A DNA stretch of 63,757 nt, filler included, from Octopus bimaculoides (taxonomy: Eukaryota): NCBI RefSeq assembly GCF_001194135.2. It is 6 parts of 4 records of this genome, joined end to end, with 100 filler letters (N's around TTAATTAATTAA, not from the genome) between each part and the next. Parts side by side here need not be neighbours in the genome. Positions count along the whole stretch, not along the records: positions 29,082 to 42,211 come from NC_068981.1; positions 42,312 to 43,939 come from NW_026357986.1; positions 44,040 to 63,757 come from NC_068988.1; 3 more parts are not named here. One strand, 5' to 3'. Shown piece after piece: positions 35,036-49,710 of this stretch. The position numbers and the translations under genes are program-made. Under the pieces are notes generated by a model. It worked only from the letters and a program-made list of their open reading frames with translations, had not been told where the DNA came from and did not search any database. Every line of letters starts with the position of its first letter. Position 1 is the stretch's first letter.

Positions 35036-38000
35036 TGCATATCTTTAATCGTATTATTTGATGTAGGCTTTACAATTTCTTTTTTAATTCTGCTCATTCC
35101 CGTGCGTGTTGTACCATGAGCATATATTGCTGTGCATCATACAGCTTGTTTTTACCATGATATTATTGTCTCTTTCTTTTTCTCTCTAGTTTGTGCACTC
35201 TATATATCTTTTATCCTTTATTTCCTTACATTCCCTACTGGAGAAGTTTAGTTATATTTACATCACTGGTTGATATATTCAAATTTTATTTATGAACTAT
35301 TGTGAAAATTCCACAATATTTAACACTTCCATTACTTGTACGTTTCTTTTGGCGACCTACGCTTGTGAGAAGGGTAAATCTTCAATCGGAATGCAGTTTC
35401 GTAACTCGTAGCTACTGAAAAGAAAAAACCTAACCGGTATGTATACGGAACACATACACGCGACTCACTCTTCCATTGTCGATGAATTTTCAACTATATC
35501 TTTGTCGCTATTTTACACGTACTTTTCCTCGCGAAAATCGATTGAATGTCAAATAGAACTATCGTATTCAATATCACAAATGATTTTTATTACCAATGAC
35601 AGTATTTCAATGACGCCCTGAAATAAGATCACGAATGCGATTAACACTCTAACATTGTTTCCTCTGTGGAGAACAAGCATTTAACTATTACTATTACGCA
35701 ATCATTTTATTTATAACATTTTCTACCATCAGCACGAACCATTTCACTCTTATTTTATCTCGTGTATGTGTGTGATAGTATATATGTATGTGTATGCGCG
35801 CGCGTGTGCGTATAGACATACATGCATAAACACACATATAAACATATATATACACATATATACATATATATAAGATTGGAAATGATGGAACGCCGGAAAA
35901 TTTCATACTTTGTTTACAATGAATTGCAAACATTCGACGTAGATATTAAGGAATTTTCTTAAAATTGCTGCTGTCATGTCACTATTTTATTTAAATAGCA
36001 ATGAAATGTTTTGCTTATATCAGTTAATCTTTATTTCTATTTCTGCGCCTATTTTTGGTTCCTTAATCTCAGTTTTGTTCCTTAATCTCAGTTTTGTTCC
36101 TTAATTTTGTGTTGTTTTTTTTCCTCTAAGACATGTGAAGAGAATTTTTTAGTTGTGGCTTGTTGTTCTTTTTATCATCTTTTTATAGTCTTTCAATAAC
36201 ACTAAACACTTTCTGTTTTCTAGCTACTTTATAGTTCAGTCTAGACGGAATAAATAACTGTCACCTTGAAAAGAATAGAAGAGCTCTTTTGATATCTTTG
36301 AATAGCAAAAATTTCTTAAATACTGGTTTAGAGCCTTTTGAAGAAGACGAATATTTGTAATCATACAAGAAGAGACGAATATTTGCACTTTATGAAAATA
36401 GCAGTGAATATTATGAAATATCCGAAATGATTATATAAGTGATAAAGTTATATAAATGATAACGAAATTGTGATATAGTAGGATTATGGGTTGGCAGAAT
36501 CTTTACAGCATCCGATTTAAATATCTTAAGATATTTGTTGGGTCATTTTTAAGTTCTGAGTTCAAATCCGGTCAGTGTTAACTTTACTTTTCGAAGATTG
36601 ATAAAATAAAAGTAACAACCAAATATCTTAGAGCGATTTAATCAAATGTACCCTTCGTTTATATTTGAGGCTTTGTGCCTATACAATATATCAGTATTTT
36701 ATACTGTAGGATAACATGATCTTCACATAACATTAACAAATATACATACAAGTTCAGCTTAATATCAGGGATAGGAGACAGTCAGTCGCATAGTTGAAAG
36801 ATGCGTTCCACAGCCATCAATCTAGTCGCTTGACCTGCCATGAATAACAAATCTCTCCGCCATCTGAAAAAGGAAGGATATTTTGAACAATGTATTTTCA
36901 GCAAGTCTGCTGGGCCGAGGATAAATGACAATAATAATAATCTATTCCGGTTGAAGAAGGATTTGTGTTTTATAGATAAGAGAAAATTATGACTCCTAGT
37001 AACTAAAACTTTTAGAATAATGTTTTTATCAAAGCATGTAAGATTTCTTCACTTCTATGATCTTCAAACGGCGCTAAAAAATAGTTTTTAAAAACTTATG
37101 CTATTTGAAGTTATCAAAAGAAATATTTTATTGGAACGTGACATTTATTTATTCTGTCTAGATTATGTGATGTTGTTAGAAAGCAGGAGCTGTCATTCAA
37201 AGAATTTCACTGTAAGCAACAAAAGAAATAAGAAATACATCAGATCCTTGTTTAGATGGTCCTTCAAAATGAAAAAAAAAAAACAATGCGGTGAAACTTC
37301 TAACAAAGAGGTTGTAGCAGATTCAGAGAAAGAGCATTGCTAAAGAGCGTAAAATTATAATTTGCACATTGATAATGACCTGGATATCTTTTTAAGATAT
37401 TTTACTCACATATTAATCAATACTTGTACACATTCAGACAGAAATAATAGAATTCTGAGCTGATCAAATGAAATATTTACGGTAGTTTGCACACAACATA
37501 AATGTTTCATTTTGTCCTGGTCTCAAAAAAAAAGTAGAATTTCGCATTTGTCATTAACCTGCTTATTACAATTAAATTATTACTGTACAACATTACAATA
37601 AGGGAATTTTATAAAAATATCTTGCATTCCACATTTGAGACATAGGTGCTAGCCGTGTGGTTAAACAGGTTCGCATAAAAACAAGGTCGCTAGTTCCAGT
37701 TTCGTTCCCACTGCATGACATCTTCACACATGTTTCAGATTTAGCAATACTCTGAGTAAAATTGGGTGGACATAAGCTCCACAACATTCCATGCATATGT
37801 GCATATGTGTGTGTCTCTGTGTGAAGGTTTTTGTGTATTTATGCAGGTATGTGCGCGCGGGTTCTCTTTAGTGTCGGTGTCTGCCTGCATGTTTACACCG
37901 TGTGAAAAACATTGTTGTGTTAAAATGCATCACCTGTACATTTGAGAGATATAGATCAAAAAGATAAATACTATATTTAAATGGTTATTGTGATACATAT

Positions 38001-38306
38001 GATAGACTAAGCTACATTGCGACCGGGACCACAGCATGATCACTATTCAATAAATAAACGTAGGGGAAAGTGGAAACGAAATAATCCCGTTCATTATCAG
38101 AAATTCATATAAAGCATTTATATTAGCAGTTGACATTGCGATGTCATTTTGATATTAGTACTTTACTGGCTTGAATCCTCTCGAAGATATATGGAAATGC
38201 ATCAAGTAAAATCTGCAATATACATACATACAAACATACACATACTCACACACACATATCCTATATGCGTTTGTATTATTTTATGTATATATATATATAT
38301 ATATAT

Positions 38307-38368
<62 letters not shown>

Positions 38369-38814
38369 GTATTATTTCTATATATACAAAGATATATATG
38401 CATATATTATGTGTGTATGTGTGCGTGGGTGGCTGTGTGTGTGTGCCTTTCTTCGATGATGAGCCGCGATATTGAGCCGTNNNNNNNNNNNNNNNNNNNN
38501 NNNNNNNNNNNNNNNNNNNNNNNNNNNNNNNNNNNNNNNNNNNNNNNNNNNNNNNNNNNNNNNNNNNNNNNNNNNNNNNNNNNNNNNNNNNNNNNNNNNN
38601 NNNNNNNNNNNNNNNNNNNNNNNNNNNNNNNNNNNNNNNNNNNNNNNNNNNNNNNNNNNNNNNNNNNNNNNNNNNNNNNNNNNNNNNNNNNNNNNNNNNN
38701 NNNNNNNNNNNNNNNNNNNNNNNNNNNNNNNNNNNNNNNNNNNNNNNNNNNNNNNNNNNNNNNNNNNNNNNNNNNNNNNNNNNNATATATATATATATAT
38801 ATATATACCAGTTG

Positions 38815-39300
38815 TTACCCATATGACAGGCAGGTTATTTAAGAAGTTTCTTTCCAAAGGTACTAAAAAGGATAAAAATATCACTAATAAAACACTAGGG
38901 GTCTACTACTCCGGGGTACCGGAAGAGTTGGATGTGACCTCCTTATACTAGTTTACATGAGTTGTTCTGGAAGTCGATGGAACTCTTCTCCGGTCATAAT
39001 CACATTGTCGCGTATAACCTTTCGACTATACACAAAAGGATGGACAGCTAGCAGACGTGGCATAATTGTTAGTGATAGCACGGAAGGTATGAAACGGAAA
39101 ATAATCTCCATACCAACTGCCGGAATCACTCCTGCAATAGATAGAAAGCAGGACAGTTCGAAATTCACAGTTCTTCGCGCAAAAGTTGTAAAACGTACAG
39201 AACTGTTGTAAATGAAGGAAGAGTGAGGGTTTAGTAAGATAAATTTTGAAGGGAAGGGCTCCAACTTCGGGAAAAAAAACTCGATTACTAGACTTCTTGA
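38815..39300 (+). mobile_element. Possible highly decayed Penelope-type RT fragment
   Basis: LDVTSLY (38928-38948) resembles Penelope RT motif A; SPYQLPESLLQ*IE weakly resembles motif B; many stops. Confidence 0.3.
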
Positions 39301-39699
39301 GAAAAGATCACCACTCTACTGTGAACAATTAATGTACATCTTCTTGGAAGGCATGGGATATTTATTTCTCTGTCCAACTCAAAGGGTTTTCATGGGTACT
39401 TTCAAATACATCAGTCTCAAGAATCGTTACTCACTCATGTGGTAGACTTAGCCAATTTGTATATTTTTCTTTAACTTATGTGTTGTTTTAATTATCACGT
39501 TTTAATATACTCATTTATCTGTTTTCATTTTCTCAATTTTATGTCTTTTGTATAACATCTTTCCCATTATATTTTAGATAATCTTGTCCTATCCATTTCT
39601 GTCTGTCTGTGTATGTATGGATACTTGTATCCAGTGTAGAATATTTTTTAATGTTATTATTCTTATTGTTGTTTCTGTACTTCCTGCTTTTATGTTCTC

Positions 39700-40590
39700 T
39701 AGTGCTGGCTCCAAATTACCAGTCTGGGCAATGATAGGGAATATTGCTTGATTGACAGCACCTGTTAACCGCTTCAGAAGCCTCATATTACCGTCGCCTG
39801 ATCGAGAATGGAAGATATTTGCTTACAACTTTTATGGAAAGTATAAAAAACCCAGCGACCACATTGCCTTTGGATACCTATAAATTTATAGTATGCGCGC
39901 TCTTTGCAATTAGCCGAACTTCTGGACTACAGGCATATTGATTTTACTGGCACACGGTTGCGGATGTTTTCCATACTTTCTTCGTTAGCCATAGAGTTCT
40001 AGTCAACACAGGTATAATTTCAATCTTTGTACACCGCATCTTGCATTTTTGACCTCTTGGACTATGTACTTAGTCAGGATCCCTGTCACTCTCGTCACAA
40101 TATTACTTTCGGGTGGTATAGTTGTGTTGATAAATATGCACCAACTTTCTTCTGTTCTTGTTAACAATGTCAGGCTCATTGACATTTATGTCTATTGTTG
40201 GTGTGGATGTTCCAGAAGATTTTGACCTTGTTCTGGTCCGAGACTACATTTGACCGATGGTTGTATCAGCTCTAAGTCGTCTTGATCTTGTAACTCCAGC
40301 TGCTTTTGAAAGAAGGTACGCTGCAGCCTTGAAACGCATGTGGATGTGTTTGGCCTTTGCCATTTCTGCGCATCCAAAGGCAATGAAGTCGCTGATTTCT
40401 TCACACTTTTCACTGAAACTGCACTGTTATTCTTTTCCATCCTTCATGAGGTGATTGCGGAAGTCAGATATGCTGATGCGATAAACGAAACCTCTGTCCC
40501 TGCATTCTGATGCCATTACCGATGGATTGCCTTCAGTTGGTCCACCTCCCAATCCTGCATCTCTTGTGTGGAGTTTGAGATCTTTCTGTA
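39700..40590 (-). mobile_element. R4/Dong-type retrotransposon 3' region (CCHC knuckle remnant plus restriction-like endonuclease)
   Basis: Minus translation with frameshifts: NHLMKDG, QCSFSEKCEEISDFIAFGCAEMAKAKHIHMRFKAAAYL, NEPDIV, CIFINTTIPPESNIVTRVTGILTKY, CTKIEIIPVL. Confidence 0.75.
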
Positions 40591-42100
40591 CAGTATTATC
40601 ATTATTTCATTGCACAATATGGATATGAAATAATGTTTTTTTACTGAGATTTTTTTTATTAATGTGAACTATTCTTTATCTTCGTATTACCTTAATCATC
40701 TTTTGCGGCCCTTGTGTCCAATAAAGAAAATGGGCGGTGAGCTGGTAGAATCGTTAGCGCAACGGACAAAATGCTTAGCGGGATATTTTTTCCGGCTTTT
40801 TATGTTCTGAATTTAAATGCCAGCGAGTTCGAAATTCTCGTTGATCTTTGTAATTCATCTTACGACTACAACAACAACAACAACTACTACTACTACTACT
40901 ACCATAATTTGTAACAACATCTATATTTGTTAAATGCAGCGTATACTTGTTTTCTAGAGTAGAGCACAGGAACGAAATTCTAGTATTGTTGTGGTTTTAA
41001 ATTACACACGCGCGCACATACACACGTTCTCTCTCTCTCTCTCCCCCTTTTTCTCTTTATATATATATATTATCTCTCTTCCCTCCAATAGATGAGGATA
41101 ATGATTCTACTCGTTCCTGTTATCGATATCGCCAACACTGTGTATATATCGATTTATTTTCTGTCTATCAAACTCTATGTATTTATCTCTACTGTATATA
41201 TATATCTATTTAACTTCACGTCTGCCTATATATCTTATTACCTCTCTTACTACCTTGCTCATCTCAACAAATTTATCTCTCATATGTTGGTCCGATTGTA
41301 TGCGACTGTCACATTGTCAAGAAATGGAAGCTGTAAGATATAGCTGTTAGATGTCTGCTTACAAGCTAACACCCAGCTTAATTCACTGAATACTGGGCAG
41401 TGAATTTATCTTCTTTCAACATTCCATTACAGTCGAATCGTTTAATCTTCCAAGTTTATCGAAATGAATAGTGAGTGCAAGTAAGATCAATGTAGACGTG
41501 TCACAATGTGTATATATGTGTGTGAGTGAGTGAGTGAGTGAGTGAGTGAGTGAGAGAGTGAGTGAGTGAGTTGAGTGAGTGAGTGAGTGAGTGTGTCGAA
41601 GTGTGTCAATTTATGTGTTAATGTGTGGAAACATGCAAAAGGGAATAGTTTAAAGAGAAAGGTAGTGGAAAGTGAAATATTGAGAGTGGGTGCGAGACAG
41701 GCTAAAAGAGAGTAATTGATTGAGAATTCACGCAGAACAGAGAGAGAGAGAGAGTGTGTGTGTGTGTGTGTGTGTGTGGTGAACTGACGTACTGAAAAAT
41801 ACTCTACGTGATACAGAGATAATATGACAGCGGTAGATAAAGAGAGATAGTGAGTGTAAAGGCATGCATACACAAAGTGCGTGAAATAGATTTGGAAGAC
41901 AAACAATCTAGTAGAGACTAGGAAAAAAATCTATATTTAAAGACTGATAGGTAGATAAACAGACAGGCAGATAGTTAAACAGACAAACAGAAAGATAGGC
42001 AAGATAGACAGACAGACAGGTAGGCAGGCAGGCAAACAGGCAGTCAGGCAAGCAGGCCGACAGACTGACAGACAGGCAGATAGCTAGCTAGATAGATACA

Positions 42101-42180
42101 TTTCTTTTATTAGCCACACAGGGCTCAACGAAGATGGGACAAATACAATGTAGAGCTTTTCTTTTTGGGAGGGGGAAGGA
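42101..42180 (-). mobile_element. Probable LINE 3' end (L1/Tx1-like) abutting (TCTA)n
   Basis: Minus strand tttgtcccatcttcgttgagccctgtgtggctAATAAAagaaat then tatc repeats; a similar end lies at 40700-40730; clade is inferred. Confidence 0.4.
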
Positions 42181-42699
42181 AGGAAAAAAAAAAAAAAAAA
42201 AAAAAAAAAAANNNNNNNNNNNNNNNNNNNNNNNNNNNNNNNNNNNNNNNNNNNNTTAATTAATTAANNNNNNNNNNNNNNNNNNNNNNNNNNNNNNNNN
42301 NNNNNNNNNNNCTAAAACTAACCCTAACTCTAGAATCCGAACTCTAAAATTGTTACACACATAGATACGCACAGCGTAATTTATTATATAAACAATATAT
42401 GCGTATAAATTACAATATAACCGGATGAAATATGTCACAGGGAATAACATTTTTATGACCGCCCAGCAGTAACTCTATTGAGCTGAATAGACGTCAGTGA
42501 TTGGTTGAAATTACAGAAATACGACAACTTTAACATGGAATAACTTGCGATGTACGTTTTTTTGTTAAGAAGATTAAGCGTAAAAGATGTTTTATATGAC
42601 ACATTCTACCAGTGTCCCAAGTTTCAAAGTGTTTCGTTAAAAAAATACTGGATTTGAAATAGATCCCATATTCGTTTTCTACACATTTTTTTTACACCT

Positions 42700-43200
42700 A
42701 GTAGGCTGTTTTTTTTGTTTTTTTTTTCCTTAACAGGTCTCACTGCATATTTCATCGACTCAGAAAGGATGAAAAGCAAAGTCAACCACGGCGGCATTTG
42801 AATTCAGAGCGTAAAGACAGAAAAAATGCTGCAAACCATTTTATTCGGCATGGCAACGATTCTGTCAGCTCGCCACCTTTTTTCGTTGCAAATATAATAA
42901 TAAAGCTAAAATATAGCGATAAAAAGAAGAAAACTGAACGAATTAGAATTTTTTTACAACGCGACTTATTAATTCAAGGGAGATAAGTCAGTGAGTTGGC
43001 AGAATCGTTACTGCACTGGACAAAATACTTAGCAGCATTCCTTCCAGCTTTACATCCTGAGTTCAAATTCCCCCGAGGTCGACTTCGCTTTTCATCCTTT
43101 TGTGGTCGATAAAATAAGTACCAGTTGAGTACAAGAGTCATTATAATCCAGTAATTTCCCATCCACAAAATTTCAGGTAATGTGCCTACAGTAGAAAAAA
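42700..43200. mobile_element. Head-to-head pair of Nin/Deu-like SINEs
   Basis: Minus copy ~42700-42875 and plus copy ~42990-43200. Confidence 0.78.
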
Positions 43201-43529
43201 TTTATACAAGGGAGATAATTCTTGAATCAAGAGTTACTTACCTTGCCTTAATGACGATGCTAATGGAGCAAAAAGAGCAAATTCTAAGCGATTGCTTCAG
43301 CTGTTGAATGAATCAACCTCCCTGTTCGTTTGAGCTGTTGAAATAACAACCAAATCTCTCAAACTACACCTTACCGTCTTGAAATTAAAACAAAATTAAA
43401 TTCCCTTTATATGAAATAATCATTGACATACATAAAGAAAAGATGGTGGCAGTTGGTATGAACATAGATATATTTGATCAGTACTGACCTGGTGGTCTTA
43501 AACAAGGTGCAGCTTCAACCTGGCAACTC

Positions 43530-43800
43530 AGACTGCTAAAGATGGCTTTCAAACCTCCCCTGGAGAAACGAGGACAAAAACCGATGCGTGTAACGGTGAA
43601 CACACCCCACCATCTACAAAGACTAATTGAATAACATAGCCCTGGCTAAAGAAGCTAATAAGATGGGCCATCAGAACATCAGAGATAGAACATTTTACGA
43701 CATATCTTCACAAGTGTGCCCCATCCCTGATGAGGGCACATTTGTTAAGACATGTCCGTCTTTGACGATGAGATTGCATTGAGCATAGCTAACCTGAATC
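43530..43800 (+). mobile_element. Probable 5' fragment of an RTE ORF (before the AP endonuclease)
   Basis: KMAFKPPLEKRGQKPMRVTVNTPHHLQR...VCPIPDEGTFVKTCPSLTMRL, then frameshifted LSIANLN matching the APE first-strand motif. Confidence 0.4.
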
Positions 43801-43855
43801 AGAAACCATAAATAAAGTACCAGTCGATGTAATAGACTAAACCGTCCCTCTAAAA

Positions 43856-43939
43856 CAGTGTTCCGCAACCGGCATGCCGCGGTACATTGGTGTCACGAGA
43901 CGATGCTAGGTGTGCCGCAGTGTAACCTGAATATAATTT
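43856..43939 (+). mobile_element. Left end of hAT (Charlie-like) element
   Basis: CAGTGTTCCGCAACCGGCATGCCGCGGTACA terminus preceded by ctctaaaa (NTCTARAN); runs into a gap. Confidence 0.5.
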
Positions 43940-44727
43940 NNNNNNNNNNNNNNNNNNNNNNNNNNNNNNNNNNNNNNNNNNNNTTAATTAATTAANNNNN
44001 NNNNNNNNNNNNNNNNNNNNNNNNNNNNNNNNNNNNNNNGTTTGTGTGTGTGTGTGTGTGTGTGTTTAAATGCATATATACATTTTAAACAAGTATGAAT
44101 GTATTTGTTTATATACTATCGTGTGTCTGTTGCTTCCTAAGTTACTATATTAGTTCGTATGAATGCATGTTAGTTAAAAATTATTAAATAAGTATTTTAT
44201 TATTTATATTTATATATAAAGACATGTTTGTTATTTGTGTGAGCATGTATGTTCATTTGCGTATTACTTGATATTTATATGTATATTTAACTTCAATAAT
44301 AATGATAATTATCAATCAAAGTATATATGAGTAAACGTAAATGATTAAAATATATAAAAAAAATAAATAAGGAAGTGGAAATAAGGAATAAAGAATAGAT
44401 AAAAAAAAATGTGAAATAATATTTGTTTATGTGTGTATGTATGTACTTGTATGCATGAGTATGTGTATATGTATTACATTATTTTTGAAATGCAAGGTAA
44501 TATATTTATATATGTTTCGTAGCTTTAACTGGACGCGAAATGAAACAATTGAAGGTGAACATGTTAATTAATAAATCAATGTTATCCATTGAATTTCTTC
44601 GTTTTCAAACTTAATAATAATATTTGATATCTTATATTCAATATGATATCTCTTCAAAATGGAATATATTAAACTTGGTTATCTTTGGTAAAAAAATCCC
44701 TATAAGATGTCTAAATATCTCCATAGT

Positions 44728-44767
<40 letters not shown>

Positions 44768-47700
44768 AACAAGATGAGCTCGCTAGTGTTGCTGACTTGC
44801 TTGTATTCTAGAGCAGTGGAAGTGTTTCATATTTTGACGGAGTGGGAATTGAAATATTCCAATTTTCTGTAATATCACATTATTTCTACAACGTGACTTC
44901 AGTAGAATTTTCTTGCATATGCATGTACTAAACCTCCAGGATTTTCAACAAATGTTGCACTCTTTTCTTGTAATGAAGCATTAATATACTATAAATATTA
45001 TGACTAATCAGTAATGGATTGGTTTGATTGCTGAAGTGCTGTTTACCATATTAGTAATAGATTTTCCTATTGACGTTTCTCTCTTCTTAATAATCTTATT
45101 TACCTGCACTACCAATTTCAAGAATCCCAGTATTGCTTACATTGCCGATAATGTATTTGCCTAAATCTGTTTATGTATATAACGTTTTATTTTTGCTTTC
45201 CTAACTTACTTCAAGAATCACCTGTTTCTTTCTGGCGTGCGTTCATTCTTTATTATGCGTTTATGACGGGGAATAAATAAGAAATGGTTTTTATCTTCTC
45301 ACGAGAACCAATGTCGTCAAAATTGATTTATTTCGTTTTTCTTTCATAATACCATTAAATACCTTATCATAAAAATCTCCGTACAAGAACAACAATTTGC
45401 TTATGACAATGACACAACGTTTTCCAGATTCCACTAAGTTGCTTTCGTTTTCTATCCAATTAATTCTTTTGAACAGATCAGCCATTATTTTCCTGAATGT
45501 CCTTAGAAATTTTACCTGTTAGTAACACCGAGCTAGTAGAGATCTATAGTATTTCTGCTTTCTTCAGACTGTTGCATTATTAACTGAACTTATATCGTAT
45601 GTGATGTTTCTCTCACTGCCCACATTCTATGAAATTAGCGCAACAAATGCTACATGAGGTAGATTATTTGAGGGTATTTGCTTAGAGGTAATCAGAAATG
45701 TATGCATCTATACTACTGCTTATTACAGCTCTTTGGCTAGCTTGACATGGTTTATCCCACATACCGTCCGTTGTTTCACATATTTGCAAAAAAACATGGA
45801 ATTAAGAATCCTAATCGCATATATTTCATTGTAAAATTTCTACCTTCAAATTAATATTATCCTGCATAAATTATGCTCAATTAAAGAAACAAAAAAAAAA
45901 TAATAAAAACTAAACAAATCTACTTATTTGCTTGAAGGAAATGCAAAACAAACTGCAGAACATTTATATTTAAAAATGCATTCGGAATTTTAAAAAAAGA
46001 TTTGCAAAGATTAGGCAACAACACTATTGAAGGAAGCCTTGCTACATTTTATGCGATTCGCTGCAGTATTTTCAGACCTAGGTAAACTATTGTCGCACAT
46101 ATCAAATTTACAATAGGTGTGGTCATGCCATCATACATTTAGGCAATGAAATATTTTATCTAATGTGTCCGTTAGTGCGCTCTTTCTGTGTGATTTAGCT
46201 GGCATTACTACAAATCAAGATACTCCTTAGAGGATGACTTGTTAGCGCCGGTGCAACGAATGTAAAGTGATTCGATTACGTCAATTGTTATTGCTTTAAG
46301 CTGATATGTAACTACTTCGAATATAACACTTCAAAGCTTTTAGAAGTTTGCAGTTTTCAGTGAAACATCAAATGCATGAATTTTCTGTCTCATGATTCTC
46401 AGTTAATGACTTTTCTTCAAATAATTAGCTAATCAGATTCAAGTCCATAACAGGATCTGTAACAGGAACCAAATTCTAGATTTAACAAAAGAAATATTGG
46501 AATCAAAGAAATATTCTAGTTTCATAGAATTTCAAATTGAAATATCAGATGTTTAGTTTTCAAATTTTTGTTAAATATTCTTAATTAAAATCAGAAGAGA
46601 AACAAACAACGTCAAAACTGTATTTGAAATAATGTAAAACGTTTATAAATGACAATCTTTATTGCAAGAGTGTAGGGGAAACACTTACGAAAAAGCACAG
46701 TTGCCGTCAATGTATCAGGGGTAAGGGAGAAGAGATTGAAAACACGTACATCTGCATTCTGTTACTTGCAAATTCATCTAAAGTGAAAACACTTTATAAA
46801 AAAAAGAATTCTATAGAGACAAACTCTCCAAACACTGCGGAGATGGGTATGCTGTTAATATTTAGGGATAGCAAATTCAAGTGGTAACTCGTTTGTACAC
46901 CACACCCGTTCCGCACGAGTAATTATTCGACTCAGGCATCTGAAATAAAGAAAAATTCTTCATGCCACGAATGAATCACGGAAAACACAATATAATCATG
47001 GATACGACCTCGCATTCAGTTATAAGAAAATTGAAAAAAGCTTCGTATGGTTGTGTAGAGCAGGGTGTAAAGCTCATAGCAATAAACAGTTGACATTACA
47101 ATAATTCCACGAAATAGTTTAATAGCTTGCAGTGATATATTTCTCGACCATTATGTTAAAGAAATATCTTGCTTCCATATAATTTTCGAAGCATAATGAG
47201 AGATAGAACAAGTGAAAATATTTAAGATGCATGCATAGATATTTTCCCCTATTAACGTAGGAATTCATTGGTAACATCAAGTACAGAAATGTTAGCTGAA
47301 ATTCTTTTCTAATCTTGGCACAAGGGACGAGTTTTTTTGTTGTTGTTTTTTTTGCTGGGGGTGGGGGAGCAGTCAACGAGATCGACCACAGCACACAACT
47401 CCGAAAGGATGAGCGGCAAAGTCGACGTCGGCGGAATTTGAGCTCATAATGTAAAGACATACGAAATATCTATCTATCTAGCTATCTCTAATTATCTATC
47501 TATCTATATACATATACATATNNNNNNNNNNNNNNNNNNNNNNNNNNNNNNNNNNNNNNNNNNNNNNNNNNNNNNNNNNNNNNNNNNNNNNNNNNNNNNN
47601 NNNNNNNNNNNNNNNNNNNNNNNNNNNNNNNNNNNNNNNNNNNNNNNNNNNNNNNNNNNNNNNNNNNNNNNNNNNNNNNNNNNNNATATATATATACACA

Positions 47701-47772
47701 CACACATATATATATACACATACATATATATATATACAAACATATATATACATATATAGACATAGACACACA

Positions 47773-47825
<53 letters not shown>

Positions 47826-48322
47826 ATATATATATAATGTTAGGAGATTAAGGTTTTCTTAAAAAGTCTGCCTGTTTTATGACTATATTGTGAAATAATA
47901 TTATTACTGGGCAGTGTTACCTACTCTGCATTATAAATTTTAACAGGCAAACTGGTAAACAGACAGTTTTGCATGCTACATTGTAAGGTCAGGATGACGT
48001 CCATTGTCAAAATGAGGGAAGTTAGGTGTAAAAAGCCAAACTGTGAAACAAATTGGCTAGATCTTAGCAAACTTTTATAAGCAGAGATAATTGTACACTC
48101 GATTTTGATTGCCTGCTTAGTTTATGCATTTTGCGCTTTGTGTTAGGCATTTATGGATTGATGTTATGCTCCGGAAATTCGCCAAAACTTCTTCTTGTCA
48201 GATTCAGTTAATTTCTGCGTCACATCTGGGTCTAAATTTTGAAAACCAAATTGTTCTGTGGTCTGTTTATGTTCTGCTTTTCATTTTGTCTACGTTGTTT
48301 CGTGACGTCCTGTACCCAGGTA

Positions 48323-48360
<38 letters not shown>

Positions 48361-48807
48361 NNNNNNNNNNNNNNNNNNNNNNNNNNNNNNNNNNNNNNNN
48401 NNNNNNNNNNNNNNNNNNNNNNNNNNNNNNNNNNNNNNNNNNNNNNNNNNNNNNNNNNNNNNNNNNNNNNNNNNNNNNNNNNNNNNNNNNNNNNNNNNNN
48501 NNNNNNNNNNNNNNNNNNNNNNNNNNNNNNNNNNNNNNNNNNNNNNNNNNNNNNNNNNNNNNNNNNNNNNNNNNNNNNNNNNNNNNNNNNNNNNNNNNNN
48601 NNNNNNNNNNNNNNNNNNNNNNNNNNNNNNNNNNNNNNNNNNNNNNNNNNNNNNNNNNNNNNNNNNNNNNNNNNNNNNNNNNNNNNNNNNNNNNNNNNNN
48701 NNNNNNNNNNNNNNNNNNNNNNNNNNNNNNNNNNNNNNNNNNNNNNNNNNNNNNNNNNNNNNNNNNNNNNNNNNNNNNNNNNNNNNNNNNNNNNNNNNNN
48801 NNNNNNN

Positions 48808-48840
<33 letters not shown>

Positions 48841-49710
48841 TGTATACGTTTGTATGTGTAGATTAAAGTATACCGTCAACACAGAGAGGAAGAGAGAAAT
48901 GAATGAGATGTAAAAGCGAAGGAAGTCTCTAGTGGAGGATATTATTGTATTCCAGTTTGTCAAGAATGAAGGAAACATCAGAGTAAAATGCGTTAGACTA
49001 AAAGGAAGCGTCAGAGAAATGCGTCAGCCAGAGGGAATAAAAAATAGTTATAGGTTATATTTGATTGCAGCTTCAAATGAAAACGCTCGATGAAAACTAA
49101 TTGTGAGGACAAGTGGAAATTATTAAAACGTGGCCAGATTTATCAAAAATGAGAGTGAGAGTTGTAGTGATACTGATAAAGAATTTGTTGAAGATAAAGA
49201 AAATGTCAAGCTAAAGGGAATCTGATAAAAGTGGAAGTGAGGCGGTGATTTAGGAATCACCTGGTTGTAGTGGTACTAAAAGTAGATGCCTGTAATTTTA
49301 AATTTACAATATTAAATACAAAATATAAAATTTGAAAATGTGTGGTGTGAGAGAAAGATGTATGATCATTGGGAACCGAAGGATGAAAATAAAGATTTAA
49401 AACGATAAATGAAAAATGAATCAAAGTTAAATATAAATAAATAAAAATAAACAGATTTATTGAACTTACAGGGCGCAGGAATGAAGGAAACACATGACTA
49501 ATGGACAATAGGAACTAGATGTACGAAATAAATTAGTGAAGTGAGCTGGAAAGATTGATTAATCGCATACATTTTATTATTTCGTATATAGTTCCAAAAC
49601 ACAAAGACAGAAGTCTTGTGGTGTTCTATTAATTACGAGAGCGGATTGGAGGTAACTATCTTTATATATATATTATATATATTTTATATATATATTTATA
49701 TATATTTTAA

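Noticed and set aside
43727-43733. CTGATGA hammerhead core candidate
   Set aside because: No GAAA after the possible stem II; lies in the coding frame of the probable RTE fragment.
45291-45515. Minus ORF MADLFKRINW... with AAG|GTATTT donor
   Set aside because: Acceptors are weak or have the branch-like TACTAAC directly against AG; no recognisable homology.
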